DNA of 64,000 nt from Ignavibacteriales bacterium (GTDB taxonomy: Bacteria; Bacteroidota; Ignavibacteria; Ignavibacteriales; Ignavibacteriaceae), in the NCBI GenBank assembly GCA_020061465.1, contig JAGUYG010000022.1:19135-83134 (forward strand), given 5' to 3'. The notes beneath the pieces were generated by a model that did not search any database, was not told the DNA's origin, and worked only from the letters and a program-made list of their open reading frames with translations. Every line of letters starts with the position of its first letter. Position 1 is the first letter of the stretch. Position numbers and translations under genes: made by a program. Below, in pieces: positions 33,820 to 43,264 of this stretch.

Positions 33820-34494
33820 ATGAAAAAAATAAAAGGTATAATTTTAATTTCGGCATTAGCATTAGCTGTATCTGTTTTTATCTACGGCTGCGGCGCAAGT
33901 AATACCGTTAAAGGAGGAGTTATCGGCGGAGTTGCGGGTGGTGTGGTTGGCGGAGTTATTGGTGATCAATTAGGTAATACCGTATTGGGCGCAATAATAG
34001 GTGCCGCTGTTGGTGGTACTGCAGGAGCTTTGATTGGAAACTATATGGATAAGCAAGCCGAAGAAATGGAGAATGATATTGCAGGAGCAAAAATTGAAAG
34101 AGTTGGCGAAGGTATAAAAATTACTTTCGATTCGGGGATCTTATTTAAATTTGATTCCTCAACGCTTGAGCCTCGGGCTAAAACTAATATCAGTAAACTT
34201 GCTGTTATTCTTAACAAATACCCTGATACAAATATTCTGGTAACAGGCCATACCGATTCTGATGGTGCAGAGCAATACAATCAATTATTATCCGAAAGAA
34301 GGGCTGAATCAGTTTCAGATTATGCAAGGATACAAGGAATTTCTTCCTCAAGATTGTCGGTTATCGGATTAGGCGAAAACGAACCGGTAGCATCAAATGA
34401 AACTGATTACGGAAAGAGCCTTAACAGAAGAGTTGAGATTGCAATTTTTGCAAATGAAGATCTTAAAGATGCTACTGAAAGAGGCAGACTTTAA
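33820..34494 (+). CDS. OmpA-family lipoprotein with an N-terminal glycine-zipper segment
   Basis: Lipobox FIYGC. GGVIGGVAGGVVGGVIGDQLGN is the glycine zipper. The C-terminus is VTGHTDSDGAEQYNQLLSERRAESV...GLGENEPVASNETDYGKSLNRRVEI. Confidence 0.88.
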   Translation: MKKIKGIILISALALAVSVFIYGCGASNTVKGGVIGGVAGGVVGGVIGDQLGNTVLGAIIGAAVGGTAGALIGNYMDKQAEEMENDIAGAKIERVGEGIKITFDSGILFKFDSSTLEPRAKTNISKLAVILNKYPDTNILVTGHTDSDGAEQYNQLLSERRAESVSDYARIQGISSSRLSVIGLGENEPVASNETDYGKSLNRRVEIAIFANEDLKDATERGRL

Positions 34495-35895
34495 TAAGAG
34501 TCCATGTTCAATTAGGAGAACATCCTATAGCTTTAATGGTAAAAAAGTGTAAAGGTTTTAAAAGAATTAATTTATAATTACAAAATGGTACAGCAGAGCA
34601 CCCATAAGTTTTGAAAATGCTTTGTAGGACTTTTGAATTTTTTATTAACACCACTATACTTACTAACAATATTTTTAAGAATGGATATCAAGTTTTTTCG
34701 CATGATAAAATTGGAAAATTTAGTTGATCACACGTATAAAAGCCGCAAAAATTATTATGGTGTTATATGAGATTAATTATTTCAGTAGATCATGCAAGAA
34801 TATTGCTAGATTCTCGAGTTGAAGGTAAACTAAGTAATACTAACATTAACTCATTATCATTGCTGTTAAAATTTGAAAAATAAATCAATGCTCATTTATA
34901 AAATTCCAACAATTTTTTCTACTAATCAAAAAATAATTCGGCAATTTATGAGTTCAATTTGGCAATTATTAAAACGCATCACCCTAAAGATATTTGTTTA
35001 TTCACTTTGAACCCCCTGATTACATCAACGAATATAACTGCATCGGTTGATGAATTAAATCAAGCCTTTATAACCTTTCCAGAAAATAGTCTGAAACATT
35101 TTTCGTCATTGCTATCTAAGTATAATGCAGTTGTGATTAAAGATCTGCCGTCTTTTGTTAGTGTAAGTGTCATTTATAAGGACGCTTCCATTGTATCTAA
35201 AATCGCAAACCATTAGGCACTCCCAGAAAATAAGTACATCACCAATCCCCCCAAATTGCACTAAGCTCATTGTATGGTATATATTCTTTAAAATTCACTT
35301 TTAATAGAAGTTGATTTCGCGAAACTTTGGAAATGAGAAAAGGTAAATTCAAATCATCAAGTCTCAGAAATAAAGATAAAAATAGTGCTAAGTGAAGAAA
35401 AAGAAGCTGGTATTTTTGAAGTAACTTGGTACGTAACAAATTTGCCGAGCCGAGTTGATTTCTATAAACCAGTTGCAAAAGATTTTGTAAGGACCAAAAA
35501 ATAATTTTGTTGAAGTAAATTTTTAGAGAGCTTCGCCCCCCTTTTTTAACTTAAGTCAAAATATTTTCCTATCCAAAAACCCTCTTCAATTTTCAACTTC
35601 TTAAATTCTTAGCACTTATCGATTGTTCTTTTGCTTTGCATGAATCTATAATTTCATAAAGTGATTTCTTTTTGTGGTACCAGAATCAAAAAAAACAGTC
35701 GAGGGAAATTAATAATTATCAAACCACTCAATAAGGAATAATTGAATCTAGAATTAGTAGGAGTTAAAAAAAGTGGGCTGGAAAAATTAAATCCCAGCTA
35801 TTTTTTTCTTCAATAATGATATGTCATTCATCTTGAAAAAGTGGTAGACCGCATATAGCCTGGGGTACAGAGTTATTTTGAATCGGGAAATTATT

Positions 35896-37059
35896 TTAAA
35901 TAAATACCTTTGCTACATCAATTAACAATGACGGCTGGTTTAATAAGGCAATTCTAAAAAGTCTTCCAAGAGTTCGTTTATTTAATGACACACCGGAAAA
36001 AGTTAAAGCAATGTTATTAAGCTTTTCATCAGAGAAATTGTAAATGCCGTTTTTTATTCTGTTGTAAATTTCATGTTTGTATCCCTGCCTGTTATGCCAT
36101 GCTTTATCATAAGTTAAAACAAGTTCAAGTTGTTTTTGCTTTATTGCTTCACCAGCTATTTTTCCAGCAATACTACCTCCGATCATTCCGCTGGAAATTC
36201 CACCTCCACTAAGTGGATTTACCTGCCGGGCTGCATCTCCAACAAGCATAATACCGGGTGCAGAAATTTTATTTAATGTTGGACAGCATGGTACGCCGCC
36301 TGCAATTGAAGTTAATACTGGCGCCCCCGGATAATGAGTTTCCATAAAATCATTTAAATAAGAAAGTGCTGATTTTTTCTTCCCCACTATACCGCTGACG
36401 CCAAGTCCAATATTAGCAGTGTTATTTCCTTTGGGAAAAATCCAAAAATATCCATGCGGCGCAACGTCTTTTCCAAAATAAAAATATAGAGTCTGCTGAT
36501 CTACATTAATATTTGCGGCTGTTATTTGTACTGCAGATTCCATATCTCGAAAATCTACAAATGTTTCTAATCCAGCCCATCTTCCAATGCGGGATTCAAC
36601 TCCATCTGCGGCAATTACTATTTTACTTTTTATTTCTTTCTGTTCTCCACGATATTCATATTTAACACCGCAGACAGAATCATTTTCTATTAAAAGTCCA
36701 TTTACATAAGCGCGCGTTAATATTTCGGCGCCCGCATCGGAAGCGGTTCTTGCAAGTGCGTAATCGAATATTCTCCGTTCTAATACATAACCAGCTTCAC
36801 CAAATTCAATAATAACTTCAGTTTTATCCGGGGCAGTAAATGAAAATTTACTAATTTTTGCAGCAATCCATTTTTCATCCGGCGATATAAATTCTTCAAG
36901 CCCCTTTTTGCTGACAGCTTCACCACATCTAACAGGATAACCGACATCTCTATCCTTTTCAAGCATTAAAACAGATACTTCTTGTTCAGCAGCAAACCGG
37001 GCAGCCATTGAACCGGCAGGACCGGCGCCTACAACTATAACATCGTATTCATTTTTCAT
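35896..37059 (-). CDS. geranylgeranyl reductase-family FAD-dependent oxidoreductase
   Basis: YDVIVVGAGPAGSMAARFAAEQEVSVLMLEKDRDVGYPVRCGEAV and the later GDAARQVNPLSGGGI motif. Confidence 0.85.
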   Translation of the reverse strand: MKNEYDVIVVGAGPAGSMAARFAAEQEVSVLMLEKDRDVGYPVRCGEAVSKKGLEEFISPDEKWIAAKISKFSFTAPDKTEVIIEFGEAGYVLERRIFDYALARTASDAGAEILTRAYVNGLLIENDSVCGVKYEYRGEQKEIKSKIVIAADGVESRIGRWAGLETFVDFRDMESAVQITAANINVDQQTLYFYFGKDVAPHGYFWIFPKGNNTANIGLGVSGIVGKKKSALSYLNDFMETHYPGAPVLTSIAGGVPCCPTLNKISAPGIMLVGDAARQVNPLSGGGISSGMIGGSIAGKIAGEAIKQKQLELVLTYDKAWHNRQGYKHEIYNRIKNGIYNFSDEKLNNIALTFSGVSLNKRTLGRLFRIALLNQPSLLIDVAKVFI

Positions 37060-37061
37060 TT

Positions 37062-37283
37062 TTAATTGCTTGTAACTCCATTTCTATTAAATCTTATAAC
37101 TTCAATAGGACAGCTCCAAACACACTTACAACAGTTAGTGCAACTTTTATCAATTATAAAAATTTCAGCTTCTTTTAATTCAATTGCATCTTCCGGACAG
37201 ACTCCAACGCAGCATCCGCAGAAATCGCATTTATCGGGAAGTATCTCGATCATTAATTTTCCATTTTTTGCCTGTCTTAGCAT
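37062..37283 (-). CDS. 2x[4Fe-4S] ferredoxin-like protein
   Basis: CDFCGCCVGVCP and CTNCCKCVWSCP cluster motifs. It ends 3 nt before the reductase gene begins (same strand). Confidence 0.8.
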   Translation of the reverse strand: MLRQAKNGKLMIEILPDKCDFCGCCVGVCPEDAIELKEAEIFIIDKSCTNCCKCVWSCPIEVIRFNRNGVTSN

Positions 37284-37445
37284 TTCATTGTGTTATTTTA
37301 TTTACGTTTTAAAATAAAGAATCGAAAAAAGATAAAAAAACTACAACGATAAATTAAGTTTTTATTGATATTCTTAATCTAATCTTAAAACATTTTGATA
37401 AATTTAAAAGTACTTCAAATCATTTTTGAATTATTGGATTAATAA

Positions 37446-38513
37446 ATGTTAGCGCAGCCAAATCTTGATACAATTTATGAAACTTCAAAAAGAATAAAAC
37501 CATTTGTTCATCGCACGCCTGTTTTAACTTCTTCAAGCTTAAATCAATTATTAAATACTAAAGTATTCTTTAAATGCGAAAATTTTCAGAAAGCCGGTGT
37601 ATTTAAATTCCGTGGTGCTTCAAACGCAGTTTTCTCATTAACTAAAGCTGAAGCCAAACGGGGTGTAGCAACACATTCGTCGGGAAATCATGCCGCCGCA
37701 ATAAGTCTTGCTGCGAAGATTAGAGGAACTTCTGCCTACATAGTTATGCCGAATAATGCATCGTCAATTAAGATAAAAGCTGTCGAAAATTACGGCGGAA
37801 TTATTACTTTTTGCGAACCAACTTTAGAATCGCGTGAAACAACTCTCGAACAAGTCGTTACCAATAATGGAGCGGTTGTGATTCATCCATATAATGATTA
37901 TAGAGTAATTGCAGGACAGGCAACTGCATCATTAGAATTTATAGATGTAATTCCAGAACTTGATTTTATGCTTGCACCGGTTGGCGGGGGAGGATTATTG
38001 AGCGGAACTGCTTTGAGTGTTTCATTTGTTTCTAAATCAACAATGATAATTGGAACAGAACCCAAAGGAGCTGATGATGCTTTTAGATCAAAACTGGAAG
38101 GAAAGATAATTCCCTCTGTTAATCCGAAAACTATTGCTGATGGATTGCTTACTTCGCTTGGCAATAAAACTTTTCCAATCATACAAAGTTATGTTGATAG
38201 GATTATTACTGTTGAGGAAAACTCAATAATTAATGCGATGAAATATATTTGGGAAAGAATGAAAATAATTATTGAGCCATCATCTGCAGTGCCTGTTGCA
38301 GCGCTCTTTGAAAATAGATCACTCTTTGAAAAGAAAAGTATTGGAGTAATTTTAAGCGATGGTAATGTTGATCTTGAAAAATTACCATGGTACGTTAAAA
38401 ATGAAAATCAAAAACTGTTTAAATCATTTTTAATCGGACTAAATAAAAACAATAATGGTCTTTCAAGTCTTTTAGCCCATTCTTTTTCGTTGTGTTCGGC
38501 GCCGGGCGCGTAG
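37446..38513 (+). CDS. PLP-dependent serine/threonine dehydratase-family protein (threonine dehydratase / serine racemase-like), with an unusual C-terminal tail running into a tRNA gene
   Basis: KCENFQKAGVFKFRGASNAV (PLP lysine region), HSSGNHAAAISLAAKIRG, PVGGGGLLSG. The fold ends around ...GVILSDGNVDLEKLPW. About 40 further residues follow, up to a TAG that lies inside tRNA-Lys. Confidence 0.8.
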   Translation: MLAQPNLDTIYETSKRIKPFVHRTPVLTSSSLNQLLNTKVFFKCENFQKAGVFKFRGASNAVFSLTKAEAKRGVATHSSGNHAAAISLAAKIRGTSAYIVMPNNASSIKIKAVENYGGIITFCEPTLESRETTLEQVVTNNGAVVIHPYNDYRVIAGQATASLEFIDVIPELDFMLAPVGGGGLLSGTALSVSFVSKSTMIIGTEPKGADDAFRSKLEGKIIPSVNPKTIADGLLTSLGNKTFPIIQSYVDRIITVEENSIINAMKYIWERMKIIIEPSSAVPVAALFENRSLFEKKSIGVILSDGNVDLEKLPWYVKNENQKLFKSFLIGLNKNNNGLSSLLAHSFSLCSAPGA

Positions 38514-38577
38514 CTCAGGGGTAGAGCATCTGCCTTTTAAGCAGAGGGTCGGTGGTTCGAGCCCGCCCGCGCTCACT
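38505..38577 (+). tRNA. tRNA-Lys (anticodon UUU), second copy
   Basis: Identical to 1075-1147 except for one T-stem base (CCGCC instead of CCACC, giving a G-U pair). Confidence 0.9.
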
Positions 38578-38600
38578 AAATAAAATTTTTTTTTGAGTAT

Positions 38601-38627
38601 AAGCCACATCCCGCGTGGCTTTTTTAT
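38601..38627 (+). terminator. rho-independent terminator after tRNA-Lys
   Basis: AAGCCAC-ATCCCGC-GTGGCTT followed by TTTTTATT. Confidence 0.65.
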
Positions 38628-39039
38628 TAACCAAAAATCCTCGTAATCGCCGCAAAAATAAATTTTGTTTAATACCTAATCATTTCTGTATGAAAAAAGA
38701 GTGCCCTCTGTTATCAGTAATCATTCAATCTAATTACAAAAATAAAATAAAATTATTTTTTGAGAATATAACACTATTAAGTTAAAAGCGCAGTAAACGA
38801 GTGCAAAAAACTAGGCTTTTTATATCCACAACCATTGATCTCGACTAAGATAACATAAGTTTAAATGCACATCATCGTTCAACGATAAATTCCGAACAAT
38901 GAATAAGCTGTCAAAACCAACCCGCAATCGCAAACAATAATGCAAAAAAACATATCCTCCGGATTAGAAGTTTAAATTCTATCAAACTAATGCTATATTG
39001 TGAACAAAAATTCACAAATGAATTAGGGAGGATAAAAAT

Positions 39040-39906
39040 ATGTTATTCATAGTAGCCGTACTAGCAGCAGTTGTGGCATTCTTTGTTTATGTAAATGCCA
39101 AAAAAAGATTTAATAAGCCCGAAGCCACTTTCGCACTGATGGGATTGGCAATTGCAATACTTATCGCAGTTCTGCAATTTTGGACGATTATTCCGGCAGG
39201 GCACGTGGGTGTAATAGATTTTTTTGGTGTGGTTAGTGATAATACCCTAAAGCCGGGTGTCAATTTGGTAAATCCAATGGCTAATATTGTAAAATTTGAT
39301 GCCCGAACACAGGAACTTCGGGAAGAGATGATAGTGCCTTCAAAGGAAGGATTAAGTGTGCAGCTTGAAATAAGCTTATTGTTTAGTTTAAGCTTTGAAA
39401 ATGCAAACAAAATTTACAAAACAGTCGGTGAAGATTACGTACAGCGAATCGTTGTTCCGCAATTTCGTTCCGTTGTACGGGGTGTAACTGCCAGGTTCGA
39501 AGCCCGTGCACTATATACAGCCGAAAGAGAATTACTCGCCAAACAGATGGAAGAAGAATTATCAAAGCTTATTAAACCTCGCGGCATAACTTTAGAGAAC
39601 GCTCCGCTTCGTCAAATTATTTTACCCCCAGGTTTAACTGCGGCGATCGAAGAAAAATTGAAATCAGAGCAAGAAAGCCAGCGTATGCAATTTGTGCTTG
39701 AACGCGAAAAACAGGAAGCAGAAAGAAAAAGAATCGAGGCTAAGGGTATTGCAGATTTTCAGGAGATTGTTTCGAAAGGAATTAGCGAACAACTACTTAA
39801 ATGGAAAGGAATCGAGGCTACCGAAAAACTTGCCAGCTCGCCAAATTCTAAGATTGTAGTAGTTGGATCAGGAAAAGACGGTCTGCCGATAATCCTCGGA
39901 AATTAA
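39040..39906 (+). CDS. SPFH/band-7 (prohibitin/HflC-like) membrane protein
   Basis: N-terminal TM helix, then IIPAGHVGVIDFFGVV...VNLVNPMANIVKFDARTQE...VPSKEGLSVQLEISLLF and a coiled-coil EQESQRMQFVLEREKQEAERKRIEAKGIADFQ. Confidence 0.85.
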   Translation: MLFIVAVLAAVVAFFVYVNAKKRFNKPEATFALMGLAIAILIAVLQFWTIIPAGHVGVIDFFGVVSDNTLKPGVNLVNPMANIVKFDARTQELREEMIVPSKEGLSVQLEISLLFSLSFENANKIYKTVGEDYVQRIVVPQFRSVVRGVTARFEARALYTAERELLAKQMEEELSKLIKPRGITLENAPLRQIILPPGLTAAIEEKLKSEQESQRMQFVLEREKQEAERKRIEAKGIADFQEIVSKGISEQLLKWKGIEATEKLASSPNSKIVVVGSGKDGLPIILGN

Positions 39907-40161
39907 CCCGGATTCAACACAATTAAGTGAAAGTTCTTTTGGGAAAGTCTTCGGGATTATTCCGAAATTGTGTCAGAGGCGGGCAAGATCATAATTAGCA
40001 TTTTGACTTATGAGTTCAATTTGTAATATGGAAACAATGCTCTATTCGTAAAATTTTTTTGATTCCAGGTGTTTTTATCTAAGCTCAGACGGTTGCAGAG
40101 CCTAGCCCGATTTTATTTTGACCAAAAAGTCAATTCTATTGTTTAGCATTTGGCATTTATT

Positions 40162-40169
40162 TAATTTTG
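40162..40169 (+). promoter_or_regulatory. Bacteroidota-type -7 promoter box (TAnnTTTG) upstream of the heme cluster
   Basis: TAATTTTG, 26 nt upstream of the ATG at 40195. Confidence 0.4.
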
Positions 40170-40194
40170 CAGCGAATATTTTAACAGGAATTCC

Positions 40195-41019
40195 ATGAAG
40201 CCGTTAATTGCGGTAGTTAACATCTTACTGCCTATCCTCTACGTAATCGCATTCATAATTTATTCGTATGATTTTATGAAGGGGGGAAAGAAGTTTTCAA
40301 ATTCTAAAAGGCTGTTTCTTTTTTTTGCTGTAATTTTTCATTTCTTTTATCTCCTAATCAGAACCATAGAATTTAATCATCCACCCATTACAAACGTATT
40401 TGAAATATTCACTGTGCTTGCATTTGCGGTAAGCTTCTCATATTTCATTCTTGAGCTTGCAACAGATATTAGGGGAACCGGTCCGTTTATAATTGTTATA
40501 TCTATCCTATTTCAATTTATCTCAACTATTTTTATTGAGGACTTGGTTGAAGTTAGGGAAGTACTCCGCAGCAATCTCCTTGGATCGCATGTGCTTACTG
40601 CATTATTAGGTTATGCGGGTTTTACTATTTCTGCGGTGTACGGCATTCTTTATCTGATTCTATTTAAGGAAATAAAACTCAACAAATTCGGACTTGTCTT
40701 TAACCGTTTACCAAGCCTCGAAATACTCGAGAAATTAAGTTTTTATGCTGCAGTAATCGGATTTGCAGCGCTTACCATTGCTATGACCATCGGAACTATT
40801 TGGCTGCCTACGGCTTTTCCCGATTTTTCGTTAGCTGATCCTAAATTAATTAGCAGTTTCGTTGTTTGGATTTTATACGGGATCGGAATTGCAAGCAAAG
40901 TGTTTGCGAATTGGCAGGGTAAAAAAGTTATTACGCTTTCAATCATAGGATTCATAATTGCAATCTTTTCAACCATGTTGACAAATTTCTTAGCACAAAG
41001 TTTTCATTCATTCTATTAA
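40195..41019 (+). CDS. cytochrome c assembly (CcsA/HemX-like) membrane protein
   Basis: Polytopic membrane protein immediately upstream of hemA, the position held by the ccsA-like hemX gene of Bacillus-type hem operons. A Trp-rich late segment is present (IWLPTAFPDF...VVWILYGIG). Confidence 0.65.
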   Translation: MKPLIAVVNILLPILYVIAFIIYSYDFMKGGKKFSNSKRLFLFFAVIFHFFYLLIRTIEFNHPPITNVFEIFTVLAFAVSFSYFILELATDIRGTGPFIIVISILFQFISTIFIEDLVEVREVLRSNLLGSHVLTALLGYAGFTISAVYGILYLILFKEIKLNKFGLVFNRLPSLEILEKLSFYAAVIGFAALTIAMTIGTIWLPTAFPDFSLADPKLISSFVVWILYGIGIASKVFANWQGKKVITLSIIGFIIAIFSTMLTNFLAQSFHSFY

Positions 41020-41022
41020 GAT

Positions 41023-42303
41023 ATGAATTTATTAGCCGTTTCAATTAGTCATCATACCGCACCTGTAGAGTTACGGGAAGCGATTTATTTAAACAATGAT
41101 GAAATAAAAGCAGCCATCGATGGATTGAAAAAAAGTTTATTTAACGAAGGGCTGGTCCTCTCTACGTGTAACCGAACAGAAATCTATGGAATTCCCAAAG
41201 ACACCAACACAAGTTATTTAGAATTACAAAAATTTTTAATAAGCCTCAAACCCGTTGATGGAATAGCCTCAGAGCATTTTAACAACTATTTTTCCTGTGG
41301 TGCAGTTCGTCATCTGTTTAAAGTGATTTCGGGTATCGATTCGCTTCTGATCGGCGATAACCAAATTTATCACCAGGTAAAGGATTCGTTTCAATTTGCA
41401 GAGGATTTACAGTTTACCGGCTTCTTAATGAAAAGGGTTTTTGATTCGGCAATAAAAACCGGTAAACGAGCAATTACTGAAACTGAGATTAGTGAAGGCG
41501 CTGTTACAGTAAGCTATGCTGCCGTTCAATTGATTGAAAAAATCTTTTCTAACTTAAGTAAAAAATCCGCGCTCGTAATTGGTACCGGTGAAACAGGTGA
41601 AATTGCCGCAAAGCATCTTAGAGATAAAGGAATCGGGAAGCTCTCTTTAACCAATCGAACAATCCAGCGCGCAGAAAAATTAGCGGCGGCGTTGAATGCT
41701 AAAATCATTCCCTTCGATAATTTTAAAAATAATTTGGCAGAATTCGACATCGTATTAAGTGCTACAAGCTCACCGGATTTTATCCTTTCTTTTAATGATA
41801 TTAATACCGCCATGAAGAAGCGTAATTTTTCTCCGACAATTCTAATGGATATCGCTGTACCAAGGGATATCGATCCGAAAGTAAAAGAAATTGATTATGT
41901 CTTTTATCATGATATTGATTCAATGAACATAATCGTTGAGCAGAATCTTGCAAAGCGAAAAATGGAAATACCAAAAGTTGAAAAAATTGTAATGGAAGAA
42001 CTAACAGCATTTTTTAGCTGGTATAATTCACTGCAAATTGCACCGACTATAAAAAACCTAAGAGAATACTTTGAGCAAATCCGCGCCGAGGAAGTTAGTA
42101 AAAACATTAACCGTTTTTCGGATGAGGATAAAGAGAAACTTGAGATAGTTACAAAACGAATAATAAATAAGATATTGCACACTCCGACAATTGAATTAAA
42201 AAAAATTACCGAATCGGGTATTAATACAGAAGAGAGTGCAATAAAAATAAGTATCATTCGTGATTTATTTAGAATAGATAACAGCACAGATGAGGGAGAG
42301 TAA
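41023..42303 (+). CDS. hemA: glutamyl-tRNA reductase
   Basis: LLAVSISHHTAPVELRE...LSTCNRTEIYG...GDNQIYHQVK...VIGTGETGEIAAKHL. Confidence 0.92.
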   Translation: MNLLAVSISHHTAPVELREAIYLNNDEIKAAIDGLKKSLFNEGLVLSTCNRTEIYGIPKDTNTSYLELQKFLISLKPVDGIASEHFNNYFSCGAVRHLFKVISGIDSLLIGDNQIYHQVKDSFQFAEDLQFTGFLMKRVFDSAIKTGKRAITETEISEGAVTVSYAAVQLIEKIFSNLSKKSALVIGTGETGEIAAKHLRDKGIGKLSLTNRTIQRAEKLAAALNAKIIPFDNFKNNLAEFDIVLSATSSPDFILSFNDINTAMKKRNFSPTILMDIAVPRDIDPKVKEIDYVFYHDIDSMNIIVEQNLAKRKMEIPKVEKIVMEELTAFFSWYNSLQIAPTIKNLREYFEQIRAEEVSKNINRFSDEDKEKLEIVTKRIINKILHTPTIELKKITESGINTEESAIKISIIRDLFRIDNSTDEGE

Positions 42304-42305
42304 AC

Positions 42306-43244
42306 TTGAGGCATAATATTATAATAGGTTCTCGAGGAAGCGAATTAGCATTGTGGCAGGCAAATTTTGTAAAGAAGCAGCTTGCAAAGAAACACCGAAA
42401 TATTTCAATTCAAATTAAGATTATTAAAACAAAGGGTGACAAAATTTTAGATGTTGCCCTTTCTAAAATCGGCGATAAATATCTATTTACTAAAGAGCTT
42501 GAGTTTGCATTGTTGAATAATGAAATAGATATCGCCGTTCATAGCCTGAAAGATTTACAAACCAAGCTTCCAGAAAGATTAATTTTGGCGGCAGTTACAA
42601 AACGTCATCCCGTTGAAGACGTTTTGATTGCTCGTAAGAAGGGAATTACAATTCAAACTCTAAAAGAAAATGCTGTGGTTGGAACAGGTTCTTTAAGAAG
42701 AAAATGCCAATTGCTTCACTTGAGACCCGATATCTCAATTAAAGAGTTACGCGGCAATGTACCGTCGAGGATTCAAACATTTCTTAAATCGAATTGGGAT
42801 GCCATTATTCTCGCACGCGCCGGTGTGGAAAGACTGAAGCTTCAAAAATATATTTCTTCATACATATCCGTAGATGAATTCTTGCCTGCCGTGGGACAGG
42901 GTGCGCTCGGAATTGAAGTTCATGAGAAGAATAATTTCGTAATTGAACTTCTTAAATCAATTCATGATGAAGATACGTATAAAGCAGTAACGGCTGAAAG
43001 AAGTTTACTCAGCACCTTGGAAGGAGGATGTCAGGTGCCGATAGGCGCATGTGCCGAAGTTAAGTCGAACGGATTGTATTTGGATGCAATGGTCGGCTCG
43101 GTTGATGGCACGGTAACTTTTAGAAAAAAAATGCGCGGCAGTAAAAACTCACCGGAAAAATTAGGGAAAAACCTTGCCAAAGATCTTATGAAAGCCGGTG
43201 CAAAGGAAATTTTAGATGAAATCTACAAAAATGTTAGAAGATGA
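42306..43244 (+). CDS. hemC: hydroxymethylbilane synthase (porphobilinogen deaminase)
   Basis: IIIGSRGSELALWQANFV...IKTKGDKILD...FTKELE..AVHSLKDL...RGNVPSRI...LEGGCQVPIGA. TTG start. Confidence 0.92.
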   Translation: MRHNIIIGSRGSELALWQANFVKKQLAKKHRNISIQIKIIKTKGDKILDVALSKIGDKYLFTKELEFALLNNEIDIAVHSLKDLQTKLPERLILAAVTKRHPVEDVLIARKKGITIQTLKENAVVGTGSLRRKCQLLHLRPDISIKELRGNVPSRIQTFLKSNWDAIILARAGVERLKLQKYISSYISVDEFLPAVGQGALGIEVHEKNNFVIELLKSIHDEDTYKAVTAERSLLSTLEGGCQVPIGACAEVKSNGLYLDAMVGSVDGTVTFRKKMRGSKNSPEKLGKNLAKDLMKAGAKEILDEIYKNVRR

Positions 43245-43264
43245 AATATCAATTGAGGAATTAA

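Noticed and set aside
41907-42314. 135-aa minus-strand ORF, representative of similar antisense ORFs at 11470-11880, 19824-20147, 22669-22962, 56371-56745 and 60564-60941
   Set aside because: Each is fully embedded antisense in a strongly supported CDS (hemA, the giant-protein genes, the HD hydrolase/xerD junction, the ABC transporter). They translate to low-complexity sequence and are treated as shadow ORFs.
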